From: Myxococcota bacterium
Lineage (GTDB): Bacteria; Myxococcota_A; SURF-8; G963663525
DNA: 64,000 nt
Assembly: GCA_963676915.2 (NCBI GenBank)
Contig: CAXXVK010000012.1
Location: 66,536-130,535, forward strand
Reading direction: 5' to 3'
Shown here: positions 10,450-20,349 of the stretch, in pieces
Position numbering within the stretch: position 1 is the stretch's first letter
Layout of the letters: each line of letters starts with the position of its first letter
Position numbers and translations under genes: made by a program
The notes under the pieces: model-generated
Databases searched by the model: none
Told to the model about the DNA's origin: nothing
Seen by the model: only the letters and a program-made list of their open reading frames with translations

Positions 10450-11478
10450 TCAGCCGAACAATTTTTGAAGGTTCTCTTTGTAGGGAGCACGAACCACACC
10501 CTCTTCGGTGATGATCCCGCTGACCAACTCATTGGGAACGACATCAAAGGCTGGACTCCATACATCCACACCTTTCGGCGCCCAGGTGATATCACGATAT
10601 CCGATGACCTCTTTATGACTGCGCTCTTCGATAGGAATCAGATCGCCGGTTGGAATTTCAAGGTCGATCGTCGAAGACGGCAAAGCGGCATAAAAAGGAA
10701 TTTCGTAAAATTTTGCCAGAATGGCCACGCCTAACGTCCCGATTTTATTGCAGACATCACCATTGGCAACGGTGCGGTCGGAACCAACAATCACTTTCTG
10801 GACTTTCCCGGTGGACATCAAACTGGCGGCCATGTTGTCGCAAATCAACGTTACGTCGATACCATCCTGCATCAACTCCCAAGTCGTCAATCGCGCGCCT
10901 TGCAAGAGAGGACGGGTTTCATCGGCGTACACGTGAATGTTTTTTTCCTGCGCATGGGCGGAACGAATCACTCCCAACGCCGTTCCCCAACCACCCGTAG
11001 CCAAAGCTCCGGCATTGCAATGGGTAAGGATACCATCGCCATCTTCGATCAATTCCGCACCATGTCGGCCCATTTCCACACACATCGTGATGTCTTCGTC
11101 ATGGATTTCACGGGCTTCGGCTTCCAGCGCTTCGATCAGGCCGCTCGGGGTACCATCGAAGTCGTTGTAAACGATACGCATCCTCTCGATCGCCCAGGAC
11201 AGATTCACCGCCGTGGGACGTGTTGCAAGAAGCGTATCGAGAACTTCTTCAAAGTCTTCGTGCGTGCATTCACCCTTTTGTTCGGTGATATTGCGCACTT
11301 CGACCACGACCCCATACGCTGCAGCAATACCGATGGCCGGAGCTCCACGAACTGCCAACGTACGAATGGCGTCGCAAACGATGGTCAGGTTCCGGCAATC
11401 CAGATAACTGATCTCGTTCGGCAGGGCGCGTTGGTCGAGAAGGAAAAGCTTTCCATTACTCCATCCGATGGCTTCCAT
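10450..11478 (-). CDS. mtnA: S-methyl-5-thioribose-1-phosphate isomerase
   Basis: LLDQRALP, VRGAPAIG, TRPTAVNL, LTHCNAGALAT, DETRPLLQGARLT, NKIGT. Confidence 0.97.
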   Translation of the reverse strand: MEAIGWSNGKLFLLDQRALPNEISYLDCRNLTIVCDAIRTLAVRGAPAIGIAAAYGVVVEVRNITEQKGECTHEDFEEVLDTLLATRPTAVNLSWAIERMRIVYNDFDGTPSGLIEALEAEAREIHDEDITMCVEMGRHGAELIEDGDGILTHCNAGALATGGWGTALGVIRSAHAQEKNIHVYADETRPLLQGARLTTWELMQDGIDVTLICDNMAASLMSTGKVQKVIVGSDRTVANGDVCNKIGTLGVAILAKFYEIPFYAALPSSTIDLEIPTGDLIPIEERSHKEVIGYRDITWAPKGVDVWSPAFDVVPNELVSGIITEEGVVRAPYKENLQKLFG

Positions 11479-11594
11479 GGCGTTCCCCGTTTGTTCTGTT
11501 ATTCCCGTCAAGATGTTGTGTCACTTATTGTAAACGTGATAGATCTCAAAGGCAAGAGGGATTGAAATCTTTACGTGTTTTTCATTGAATAACA

Positions 11595-12025
11595 GTGGAA
11601 ACCTATAGAAACTCTGAAGTTTTTCAAAGAACGGCAAGCACAATGTGTATTTTCGCTAGAAGTCATCCTAAAAATACCGACCGAGGATTTCGAGGTGATT
11701 TCGAGACGAATTCGCCGTTGACGAGATGCGGAATACCAGGAATCTTTCAAGTCGAGACCGGCGGCGAAGTCGACCGAAAGCGTCCGAAAGACGACAGCAG
11801 TGTATTTTTAGGATGGCTTCTAGTTTCGTTCCGATTACACTTTTTATCGGCTTGGCCTATCTTGTGTGGATTCGATTGGATTCACAAAGTGGTCTCAGGA
11901 AAAAACTTGGTAACATCATACTGGTATGGCTGCTTGTTTTTTCTTGTATAATACTGGCCGGTTCGATACGAGCGACCGTAACGGGCAACGGCCCGCTTAC
12001 GAAAATCATGGAAATGAACGTCTAA
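11595..12025 (+). pseudogene. Small two-TM membrane protein gene interrupted by MITE copy 2 (may be re-initiated from an ATG in the element)
   Basis: Removing 11657..11822 and keeping one TA gives a continuous frame: ...STMCIFASFVPITLFIGLAYLVWIRLD...IILVWLLVFSCIILAGS...MEMNV*. Confidence 0.6.
11657..11822 (+). mobile_element. MITE-like element, copy 2 (166 bp)
   Basis: TAGAAGTCATCCTAAAAATA...TATTTTTAGGATGGCTTCTA; TA at both ends. Confidence 0.92.
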
Positions 12026-12045
12026 CTTTTTAACCGTCCATTGGA

Positions 12046-12990
12046 TCAACGACTTTGCAACAGGCTTTTCACCTGCTGAACGACCCGTTGGGGCGTTAAC
12101 CCAGCTTTTTCAAGCATTTGTGCCGGTTCGCCACTTTCCATATAGCGGTTTTCCACACCGATAATACGCATTGGAACGGGTTGAGGTTGGATTACGTTCC
12201 ATTCGGCCACCGCCGAACCCAATCCACCTGCAACCATGTGTTCCTCGATAGTCACGATCGGTCCCATCTGTGCGCAGTTTGAGAGGGTACCGAGATCCAA
12301 TGGCTTGATCGTGTGCATATTGACCACACGAGGCCGGATGCCTTCCCGGCGCAGGTCGTCGGCTGCGTCCAGAGCGACGGAAACCATCTGTCCGCAAGCG
12401 ATCAGGCTGAGATCCTCGCCCTCTTCCAGTACATCCGCCCGCCCCAACTGCCAGTCATCTTCGGGAGAAGTTACAACAGGAAACTTTTCACGCCCCATAC
12501 GAAAATAGTATGGATTGGTCCTTTCAGCAGCATCGAGCACAACCTTACGCATCTGGTGGTAATCTGCCGGAACCACAACCGTCATATTCGGAAGCACGCG
12601 CATCAACGCCAGATCTTCGCAGCACTGGTGAGTGGGACCATCTTTGCCTACCGTCACCCCACAGTGTGCACCAACCACCACAACCCCACACTCGCCGTAT
12701 GAAAGCTGTTGCCGGGCGATCTCCCATGCCCGACCTACCACAAACATGGCGTAACTTGTCACGAATGGTCGCCACCCAGTCAAAGAGAATCCTGCCGCCG
12801 TGGCCAGCATCCCCTGCTCGGCGATCCCGAAATCTATGAATCGGTCCGGAAAACGCTCGGCAACCCTGCTTGTCAATGTCGAGGCAGCTAGATCCGCGTC
12901 ACAAACCAGAACATTCGGAAATTTTTCACAGGCATCCAACAATCCGTCGGCAAAACCCTCTCGAATCAGGCGTTGTTCCCAATTTCGCAT
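12046..12990 (-). CDS. tkt: Transketolase, C-terminal (pyrimidine-binding) subunit
   Basis: DADLAAST, FGIAEQGM, GKDGPTHQCCED, VNMHTIKPLD, TIEEH..GGLGSAVAE. Confidence 0.92.
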   Translation of the reverse strand: MRNWEQRLIREGFADGLLDACEKFPNVLVCDADLAASTLTSRVAERFPDRFIDFGIAEQGMLATAAGFSLTGWRPFVTSYAMFVVGRAWEIARQQLSYGECGVVVVGAHCGVTVGKDGPTHQCCEDLALMRVLPNMTVVVPADYHQMRKVVLDAAERTNPYYFRMGREKFPVVTSPEDDWQLGRADVLEEGEDLSLIACGQMVSVALDAADDLRREGIRPRVVNMHTIKPLDLGTLSNCAQMGPIVTIEEHMVAGGLGSAVAEWNVIQPQPVPMRIIGVENRYMESGEPAQMLEKAGLTPQRVVQQVKSLLQSR

Positions 12991-12993
12991 GAT

Positions 12994-13867
12994 TCAGACC
13001 TCCTTCCGGTACGCTTCGATGAGTTCATCCGGATCACGCTCTTCACCCATAGCTTGCAGACAAAGAATGGTTTCTTCCTTGGAAGGAGGTTTTCCATGCC
13101 AGGATGGATCATTCATGAACGGTTTGATGGGATACATCATCTGTGTACGAAACAGAAGCGCTCTGGGCTTTCCAGGAGGCGCGTGAAAAGCTTCCTTATA
13201 CAAATGGTCGATCTGCATGAAATCGTGTCCGTCGGCTTCCCATACCCACCAACCGAATGACCGGAATTTCTCGGCCAACGGTTCGATATCCATCACGTCG
13301 CTAACCTTGCCATCGATCTGTGCATCATTGCAATCCACGAGCAAATAGAAATTGTCGCTTTTGAAATGACCGGCGGCCATGATCGCTTCCCACACAATAC
13401 CTTCCTGCAACTCACCATCTCCAGCATTGCAGAAAACACGCACGTCTTCCCAACCCTTTTTCCTCGCTCCCATTGCGATGCCATGGGCAACAGGAATCCC
13501 CTGCCCCAAAGAACCGGTGGAAGCTTCCACTCCTGGGACTTTCAATCGATTAGGATGCCCCTGCAAGGGTGAATCAGCGCTACGAAACGTAGGAAGTACC
13601 GAAAGAGGCAAAAGACCCTTTTCAGCCAGCAACGCATAAATCAAACGCCGAGCAATGGCCGTTGGACAACACCCAGCGATCTCGTAGTTTCCAGTCGGGG
13701 TCTTCCGGGTTCATACGAAGGTATTTCCACCAAAGCACCGTATTGTAGTCCGTCGCACTGAATGGTCCACCGGGATGTCCTGACCGAGCATGATAGATCA
13801 TCAAGATGATATGGCGGCGAATACGGGTCGAAAGTTCCAACAATTCCGGGTATGTAATGTTGTTCAT
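12994..13867 (-). CDS. tkt: Transketolase, N-terminal (TPP-binding) subunit; one extra base near 13643-13645 (probable sequencing error)
   Basis: ORF 13622..13939 gives SGHPGG, DRWVLSNGH; ORF 12994..13644 gives LQGHP, STGSLGQG, GDGELQEG. Deleting one A from the AAA at 13643-13645 joins them as GHCSALIYALLAEKG. Confidence 0.88.
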
Positions 13868-13995
13868 GGCTTGCCGTAAAAGATTGTAAGAGATTGTTAT
13901 TGGAAAATATAGAATATCTTTAACGAGAATGGATGTCAATGGGAAGCAATTGAAATATCGGCCTCAAACCTGTCCAAATTCCGCCATGATTTCAT

Positions 13996-14161
13996 TAGAA
14001 GTCATCCTAAAAATACTGACCGAGGATTTCGAGGTGATTTCGAGACGAATTCGTCGTTGACGAGACGCGGAATACCGGAAGTCTTTCAAGTCGAGACCGG
14101 CGGCGAAGTCGACCGAAAGCGTCCGAAAGGCGACAGGAGTGCATTTTTAGGATGGCTTCTC
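13996..14161 (+). mobile_element. MITE-like element, copy 3 (166 bp; right terminal TA reads TC)
   Basis: Same termini and internal sequence as the other copies; intergenic. Confidence 0.9.
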
Positions 14162-14329
14162 GGCAAATCACTGGAGGAGAGTTTATTTTGGACAACAACG
14201 GTATCAGCCTCTAAAAACCGCGTTTCCAGTTGTAATTTTATCAGGATAATTCGTGTGGATCGTGACGATACACCGAAAAATTTGGTGTGCGTTTTATGAG
14301 GTCGTTTCCGCTTTGTGTGAAAACACGGT

Positions 14330-16075
14330 CTAACTTAAATCGTAGCGCTTCAAATATCGATATAATGTTGCACGACCGATACCGAGTCGCGCTGCTGCTT
14401 CCTTTTTATTACCATCCGATCGTGCCAGCGCAAGAAGGATCTGATCCTTTTTGATTTTTGCTTGTGGTCCCGGTTTACGTGGGGGAAAGGTACGTGAAAA
14501 CGTGATTTCGGGGGGAAGATGTTTAGCAAGGATACTATCCTCGTGGCACTTCACATAAGCAAACTCAACGGCGTTACGCAACTCACGCACGTTTCCAGGC
14601 CAATGGTAGGATGTCAGCAAATCGATAGCTTCTGTAGATGGTGCCAACAATGGACGCCCGGTGTCTTTGGCGACATATTCCACGAAATGTTCGACCAACA
14701 TGGGAATATCGAGTCGTCTCTCCCTCAAAGGAGGTAAGCGAATGGGTACGACGCAGAGCCTGTAAAAAAGATCGCGACGAAAGAGTTTCTTTTCCATTCG
14801 TTGGCGAATGTTCTGGTTTGTCGCACTGATAACTCGAACATCTACCCGGACGCTATGTTCACCACCCACCGGTTCAAACTGTTTTTCCTGAAGAACTCGT
14901 AATAATTTCACTTGCATGGCTGGAGAAAGCTCGGCAATTTCATCCAGGAAAATCGTGCCGCCATCGGCCAAGGCAAAACGACCATTTTTATCGCGGATTG
15001 CACCGGTAAACGCGCCTTTGACGTGGCCGAACAGTTCGCTTTCGAGGATGCCTTCAGGCAAAGCACCACAGTTGACAGCAACAAATGGTTTTGATGCCCG
15101 ATCGCTCAGGTCATGGATGGCATTGGCAACGAGTTCCTTCCCCGTTCCGCTTTCGCCTTCGATCAGTACCGGGACGCTTGCTTGTCCCACTTCCCGAATC
15201 AACTCGAAAAGCGCCAACATTTTCGGGTCTTTGCCCACAAGCCCACCTAAAGAATGATGGTGTCTCAGTCGCTGTTTTAGAACTGTCAGTTCCGTATTGT
15301 CTTTAAACGTGACGAGTGCACCGACATTGCTCCCATCAAAATCGGTCAGCGGCATTGTGGCCATGTGCAAGGCTCTATGCTCTCCATCGGGGCGTACGAA
15401 TCCGACGTCATTGTGGCGAACGCCTGTGTTGTCTCTATTGTTGGGAGAACAAAACGAGCAGTTTCCTCCACAGAATCTTCCAGGGAATACCTCGTGACAG
15501 TCGTGTCCTAGGACTTGCTCACGATGATATCCGGTAATGCTCTCTGCGGCTTGATTGAAGTAGAAAATCCTGCGATTGGTGGTATGAGCCATTACACCAT
15601 CGAGCATGTTGTTGAGAATCAGTTCAAGGTTGCGACGGGTGACGGATAGTGCATGCAGTACACCGGAGTTGAAAAGTCTGTCTAATTTTCGCAATAGCTC
15701 ATCGCTAAGAATCCTGTAATTTTGCAGGGTTATTTCGCTTGGGGACTGTTGTGGAACGAATGAAAAATCCCAATGTATATGTGGCGGCATACCGGGAAGA
15801 TTCGGTCGGCAGGCTTGATCGAAATTTCCAAGTGTTACAACGATATCGAACTTGAAAAGCTCGATATCTTCCGGCGTTCGGATGGGAATATCCTCCAAAT
15901 CTATTCCCTTTTCCTGCATCACCAGAACCGCAAACGGATGCCTTTCGGTGGGAGAAAGTCCCGCGCTGAGGATGTCCGCACCATTTGGTTCCCATTTTTC
16001 AGCAAACGCCTCCGCCATCAGGGCCAGATTGTCCGGCCCGTTCGATAAAAACAGAATGGCGCAACGGTTACGCAC
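14330..16075 (-). CDS. Sigma54-dependent activator: degenerate ArsC/LMW-PTP-like domain, PAS, AAA+, Fis HTH
   Basis: GESGTGKE, ESELFGHVKGAFTGA, WPGNVRELRN, HTH AAARLGIGRATLYR; N-terminus MAEAFA..SAGLSP..HPFAVLVMQEKGID is ArsC-like but lacks CX5R. Confidence 0.92.
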   Translation of the reverse strand: MRNRCAILFLSNGPDNLALMAEAFAEKWEPNGADILSAGLSPTERHPFAVLVMQEKGIDLEDIPIRTPEDIELFKFDIVVTLGNFDQACRPNLPGMPPHIHWDFSFVPQQSPSEITLQNYRILSDELLRKLDRLFNSGVLHALSVTRRNLELILNNMLDGVMAHTTNRRIFYFNQAAESITGYHREQVLGHDCHEVFPGRFCGGNCSFCSPNNRDNTGVRHNDVGFVRPDGEHRALHMATMPLTDFDGSNVGALVTFKDNTELTVLKQRLRHHHSLGGLVGKDPKMLALFELIREVGQASVPVLIEGESGTGKELVANAIHDLSDRASKPFVAVNCGALPEGILESELFGHVKGAFTGAIRDKNGRFALADGGTIFLDEIAELSPAMQVKLLRVLQEKQFEPVGGEHSVRVDVRVISATNQNIRQRMEKKLFRRDLFYRLCVVPIRLPPLRERRLDIPMLVEHFVEYVAKDTGRPLLAPSTEAIDLLTSYHWPGNVRELRNAVEFAYVKCHEDSILAKHLPPEITFSRTFPPRKPGPQAKIKKDQILLALARSDGNKKEAAARLGIGRATLYRYLKRYDLS

Positions 16076-16146
16076 GGTTGCAATCTTTCTTCAGAGCCTA
16101 TCCCTGTTTAAGGTTCGATATGCCTTTCGGTGAAAACCTCTTGCGA

Positions 16147-17955
16147 TCATGAAGAATTTTCCTCCAATTCCGGAAGTCGATTCCTCGGTAATAGAATTCT
16201 GAAAGTAGTGCCCTGCCCCGGCTCACTTTCCAGTTCGATTCTCCCACCGTGTTCCTGCACGATTTTTCGTGTAGTCAATAAACCGAGTCCCGTCCCCCCC
16301 AAGCCTTTTGTTGTAAAAAACGTTGTGAAAACCTTCTTTTTTATTTCGTAGTCAATACCGCATCCATTGTCGATCACTTCGTAAGACAACACATTGTCTC
16401 GTTCGAAAGTCCTGACTCGCACTTTGCAGGTCTGTTTTTTATCGCTCATCTGGCAGGCATCGATAGCATTGCCGACGAGATTGGTCAGGCTCTCGTGAAT
16501 GCCGGCCTCGTCCAAAGGAGCGGGTGCCACTGTGCCCAATGTCTCGTATTCAAGGGAAATCCCTTCTTTTTCCGCATTGGCCGAATACAATTCGACGACA
16601 TCCCGTGCCACGCTGGCCGGATCGACCAGGGCGACTTCGATTTTCCGTCCCCTTGCGAATCCGAGAAATGCTTTGACGAATGAAGAGATCCGACCGATAT
16701 TACGATCCAGAATATCCCAACCTTGGACGATTCTTTCACTTTCCCCCTTGTGGATACCTGTATTGAGCATATACATGCCGCCTTCGAGACCGGCGATCAG
16801 GTTTTTCACCCCATGAGCCAGTCCGGCAACCGTTTCACCAACTGCCGCCAGACGCTCGGCATCAAGATTGGCTTTTTCCAACTCTTTGATTTTTGAAAGA
16901 TCTTGGATAGTAAAGGCGCTTCCCAGATACTCTTTATCCGTCACCAGGCGAACTCCTACCAGGCGGACGGGAATGGGTTCGTGACTCAATGTGGTGATCT
17001 TCGTATCGGGCAGGTAGACGTTTCCCGGCCCTCTATTGACCTGTTCCACAAATCCTTTCGGAAAAATAGCTTTCAACTCGTTGGCGGTTACATGGTGGCT
17101 GGCCGGAATGTGACAGATTTCCCTGGCCGAACGATTGAAAACCTGGACGTGTCCCTCTTTATCGGTAGCCACGATACCATCGATGGACGTTGCTACGAGG
17201 GTTTCTAAAAACGAATTGGCGATCCGTAAATCGCTTTCCAGCTTCATGGTTTGAGAAATATCCATCGCCATTTCGACGACGCGATCCACGCTTCCGTCCA
17301 ATTGCTGAAGTGGAGCGGTCGTCACGAAAAGGTGGACATTGTCTCCATTGCGGCTTTTTACGACGGAATGACCGGAGTGCACCTGACCATCTTGTAACGT
17401 TCTCCAGGCCGGACAATCATGACAGCGCTCGTCGAGGCCTTTTAAAACCTGATAACAGACCTGCCCTTCGACATCGCCGAATTTTTCACGAATCCGATGG
17501 TTCGAACGGACAATATTCAAGTTTTTATCGAGAATGGCAATGTTGCAGGGGACTTGGTCGAAAAGGAGTTGCAATTCTTTTTTCATGAGATCGAAGTCCG
17601 TGATATCCGTGGACATCTCAATCAGAAAAGGAATATCCCCTTTTTCATCGGAGATCGGAACCGTGTACTTGATATACCTAGTAGGTTTGCCTTCCTTGTT
17701 GAAACCCAACTCTTCGTTCATTCGCGGCTGACCATCGCGAAATGCTGCCGAACCGGCGCAACTTGAACAGATGGAGTCCCGGCTTTTGTAGACTTTGAAA
17801 CACTTTTTGCGTTGCCATTCGCCGAACATCTGCTCAAAGGCGAAATTGGCTTGGATAATGTTGTAGTCACGATCGATGACCGCAATGCTCATCGGAACGG
17901 CATCGAAAAGTTTCTCGTTGATCCAACCTTTCACATTTACTCTGGGATCATCCAT
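16147..17955 (-). CDS. Cytoplasmic multi-PAS sensor histidine kinase
   Basis: H-box GLAHGVKN, NLVGNAIDA, DNGCGI, FFTTKG, GTGLGL; three PAS-like repeats, two with C-x10-C-x2-C; no TM segments. Confidence 0.93.
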   Translation of the reverse strand: MDDPRVNVKGWINEKLFDAVPMSIAVIDRDYNIIQANFAFEQMFGEWQRKKCFKVYKSRDSICSSCAGSAAFRDGQPRMNEELGFNKEGKPTRYIKYTVPISDEKGDIPFLIEMSTDITDFDLMKKELQLLFDQVPCNIAILDKNLNIVRSNHRIREKFGDVEGQVCYQVLKGLDERCHDCPAWRTLQDGQVHSGHSVVKSRNGDNVHLFVTTAPLQQLDGSVDRVVEMAMDISQTMKLESDLRIANSFLETLVATSIDGIVATDKEGHVQVFNRSAREICHIPASHHVTANELKAIFPKGFVEQVNRGPGNVYLPDTKITTLSHEPIPVRLVGVRLVTDKEYLGSAFTIQDLSKIKELEKANLDAERLAAVGETVAGLAHGVKNLIAGLEGGMYMLNTGIHKGESERIVQGWDILDRNIGRISSFVKAFLGFARGRKIEVALVDPASVARDVVELYSANAEKEGISLEYETLGTVAPAPLDEAGIHESLTNLVGNAIDACQMSDKKQTCKVRVRTFERDNVLSYEVIDNGCGIDYEIKKKVFTTFFTTKGLGGTGLGLLTTRKIVQEHGGRIELESEPGQGTTFRILLPRNRLPELEENSS

Positions 17956-18130
17956 TGGACATCCGATTTTTTTGCGTTGAATCCATCGTTTGCATCCAAA
18001 ATTCCCATTCCTGAATATGGCATTTTAGCCATATCGTAGACCTATTGTCCAGTGTATTTATAGAGATGATCCTCTATTGGTACACTTGTAGTACAGGTAC
18101 CCGCCGAAAATTCAGCCATTTCTAGGGTGA

Positions 18131-18667
18131 TCACCCTTGCTTATCCAGCACTTCTCGAACTTTTTGGAGGGTCGAAAGATCCACGTTGCGTAGCTTTGTT
18201 AACAGGTTTTCCCGGTTCTCTTCTGCGCTACGGTCGAGGAATTCCGACATATCCACGCCGAGTTTCTCCGAAACCCTACGCACCAGTTCAAAGGTATCCA
18301 CCGGTTTTTCCATGTAATCTTCGGGAGCTTGCACGTTTTTTCCATACATCAACTCCTGAAAATCCTCCTGTCCCAGATCGTCGCGGGCATGGGCGGTGAT
18401 GATCATCACTGGAATTTTCTGCCAGCGAGAGTTCTTGCGCAGTTTTTTGTAAAACAGCACGCCCGATTGTCTGGGCATCACGAGATCGAGGGTAATAAAA
18501 TCCGGCATTCGCTCTTTTACTCGGTTGTATGCCTCATGACCATCCGATGCGGTGACCACTTGAAATCCGGCATCTTTCAAAGCCGTGACAAGAACCAACT
18601 GCACATCCGGTTCGTCTTCGACCACCAGCACGGTTTTTTCATGTACGTTTTCCATCGCCTTCTCCAT
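18131..18667 (-). CDS. Response regulator (receiver with short C-terminal extension)
   Basis: VLVVEDE, DFITLDLVMP, IITA, EKP. Confidence 0.9.
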   Translation of the reverse strand: MEKAMENVHEKTVLVVEDEPDVQLVLVTALKDAGFQVVTASDGHEAYNRVKERMPDFITLDLVMPRQSGVLFYKKLRKNSRWQKIPVMIITAHARDDLGQEDFQELMYGKNVQAPEDYMEKPVDTFELVRRVSEKLGVDMSEFLDRSAEENRENLLTKLRNVDLSTLQKVREVLDKQG

Positions 18668-18739
18668 TTTGTCCGTGGTTTCCCCCAGGGAATGAACGAG
18701 CCGGTCAGGTACCTCTCTACAGGCTGCCAGCTCAGAAAA

Positions 18740-20344
18740 TCAGTAATCATCTTCCCAACTGATAAAGCCGGGATTAACATCCACCATGGCGTTGACGATC
18801 AGTTCCACGAGTCCTGCATAGATCAAGCTCTCCTTTTCCTTTAAGTCGTAGTATTCGAAGATATCCCGAATCTGGCCTTTGCAGTTCGAGCAGGGTGCAC
18901 ATACGTATTTGGGATGCTCCGGTCCTCTACAATCGTCGAAAGCGCTGAGAATTTGTTCCAGTTTTCGTCGTCCTGCCACTTTGAAACGCCAGTCCTTGAT
19001 GTTGTTGCGCCCCATGATGGCAAATCCCGATCCTCCTCCGCAGCAGTAGTTATGAGCACCGTGAGGGGTCATTTCGCGAAATTGTGGACAAAGATAGTTT
19101 AAAACCTCTCGTTGAGGTTTGATGATACCCATCAAGCGTGTCAGATTGCAGGGGTCATGAACGGTGACGGGAAAATCGTTGCGCGACGGATCGAACTTGA
19201 TTTTTCCTGAAAACACAATGTCCCGCAAAAGAGGGAAACAGCTTTCACGAGGTGTTTTCAACGATTCCGGCAACACACGATCGGCAATGACCGTCAACGC
19301 CTTGTGTGCATGCCCGCATTCGCCGAGCACGATCTTTTTCACACCAAGCTTTTTGGCCGCTTGGGCGTGCAATAGTGCGGTACGGGCAAATTGTACGTCA
19401 TCGTAAAACACGCCGTAATTGATGCTGTCATAGGCGGCCAGATCGCTAGAAAGAGTCCAGCTCAGTCCTGCGGCATCGAAAATGATGCCGAAAGCCCCGA
19501 CGTTTTCCGGCCAAGTGAGAATCTCGCCCGCATTGTGGATCAACAGGATATCAGCACCTTCCACATCCCAAGGCGTTTCGTATTTATAGCCGGAAACCTC
19601 GTTGATATCTTCGTCGATGAAATCCATGTTGTCTTTGACGACGAGCGAATTCATGTTGGTAGACGATCCGGATTTCAACTGCAACATCGAGCCTTTTTCG
19701 TGCAATTCTGGGGCGGTAATGCCCATCTCCTGGCTGAAAATCTTGCGGATTTCTCTGGCGATCAGACCGTTGTCGGCACCGATCGGACAGGTTTGTGCAC
19801 AACGACGGCAAAGATTGCAACGATACGCCATCTCTCCTAAACGAGCTACGGCCTGCCAGTTAAGGTCGATATCCCCATGTCGCCATTTCGCGAAAAGGTC
19901 TTCTTTGATGTATTTTTTGTAGATTCGGCGGAAAACTTCGCTGCGATAAGTCGGCCTGTACATCTCGTTTTCACCGGAAGCCTGGTAAATGTGACAAGCC
20001 TCGGAGCACGTGTTGCATTTGGCGCAGTGTTCCATCGTCGTGACCAATTGACTGTAAAAGGTCCAGTTGTCTTCCTTGTTGAAAAGCTTGCGCATTCCGC
20101 TGATGAACTTGTTGACGAGTTCTTCTTCCTCTTGCTTCGTTTTCGGCCTGGGAATGGGCAAAATCGAAGTGTCATCCAGGATACAAGCGTATTTTTCTTT
20201 GGTATCCTCCTTCAGAGGAGTCCATTCCGGCTCGTCAATACCGTCGCTTTTCGGCAAGGGTATGAGGTCTTCGTTATTTACGTGCGAAAGTTGATCCGTG
20301 TTTTTGCTTACATCGGTAATTTTTAGTTTTTTATGTTCCTGCAT
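18740..20344 (-). CDS. DsrK/HdrD-like Fe-S oxidoreductase (2x[4Fe-4S] plus CCG domain)
   Basis: CAKCNTCSEAC, CNLCRRCAQTCP, GECGHA, HDPCN, NYCCGGGSG, CAPCSNCK. Confidence 0.88.
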   Translation of the reverse strand: MQEHKKLKITDVSKNTDQLSHVNNEDLIPLPKSDGIDEPEWTPLKEDTKEKYACILDDTSILPIPRPKTKQEEEELVNKFISGMRKLFNKEDNWTFYSQLVTTMEHCAKCNTCSEACHIYQASGENEMYRPTYRSEVFRRIYKKYIKEDLFAKWRHGDIDLNWQAVARLGEMAYRCNLCRRCAQTCPIGADNGLIAREIRKIFSQEMGITAPELHEKGSMLQLKSGSSTNMNSLVVKDNMDFIDEDINEVSGYKYETPWDVEGADILLIHNAGEILTWPENVGAFGIIFDAAGLSWTLSSDLAAYDSINYGVFYDDVQFARTALLHAQAAKKLGVKKIVLGECGHAHKALTVIADRVLPESLKTPRESCFPLLRDIVFSGKIKFDPSRNDFPVTVHDPCNLTRLMGIIKPQREVLNYLCPQFREMTPHGAHNYCCGGGSGFAIMGRNNIKDWRFKVAGRRKLEQILSAFDDCRGPEHPKYVCAPCSNCKGQIRDIFEYYDLKEKESLIYAGLVELIVNAMVDVNPGFISWEDDY

Positions 20345-20349
20345 TATGT

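Noticed and set aside
13622-13645. Programmed frameshift or selenocysteine read-through in transketolase
   Set aside because: One extra base in a short homopolymer explains it. The TGA is out of the true frame and I see no slippery site or SECIS; most likely a sequencing error.
10240-14161. CRISPR array or composite transposon formed by the three clustered repeats
   Set aside because: Repeats are 166 bp, separated by kilobases of housekeeping genes; no cas or transposase genes; each intact copy has its own TA ends, indicating independent insertions.
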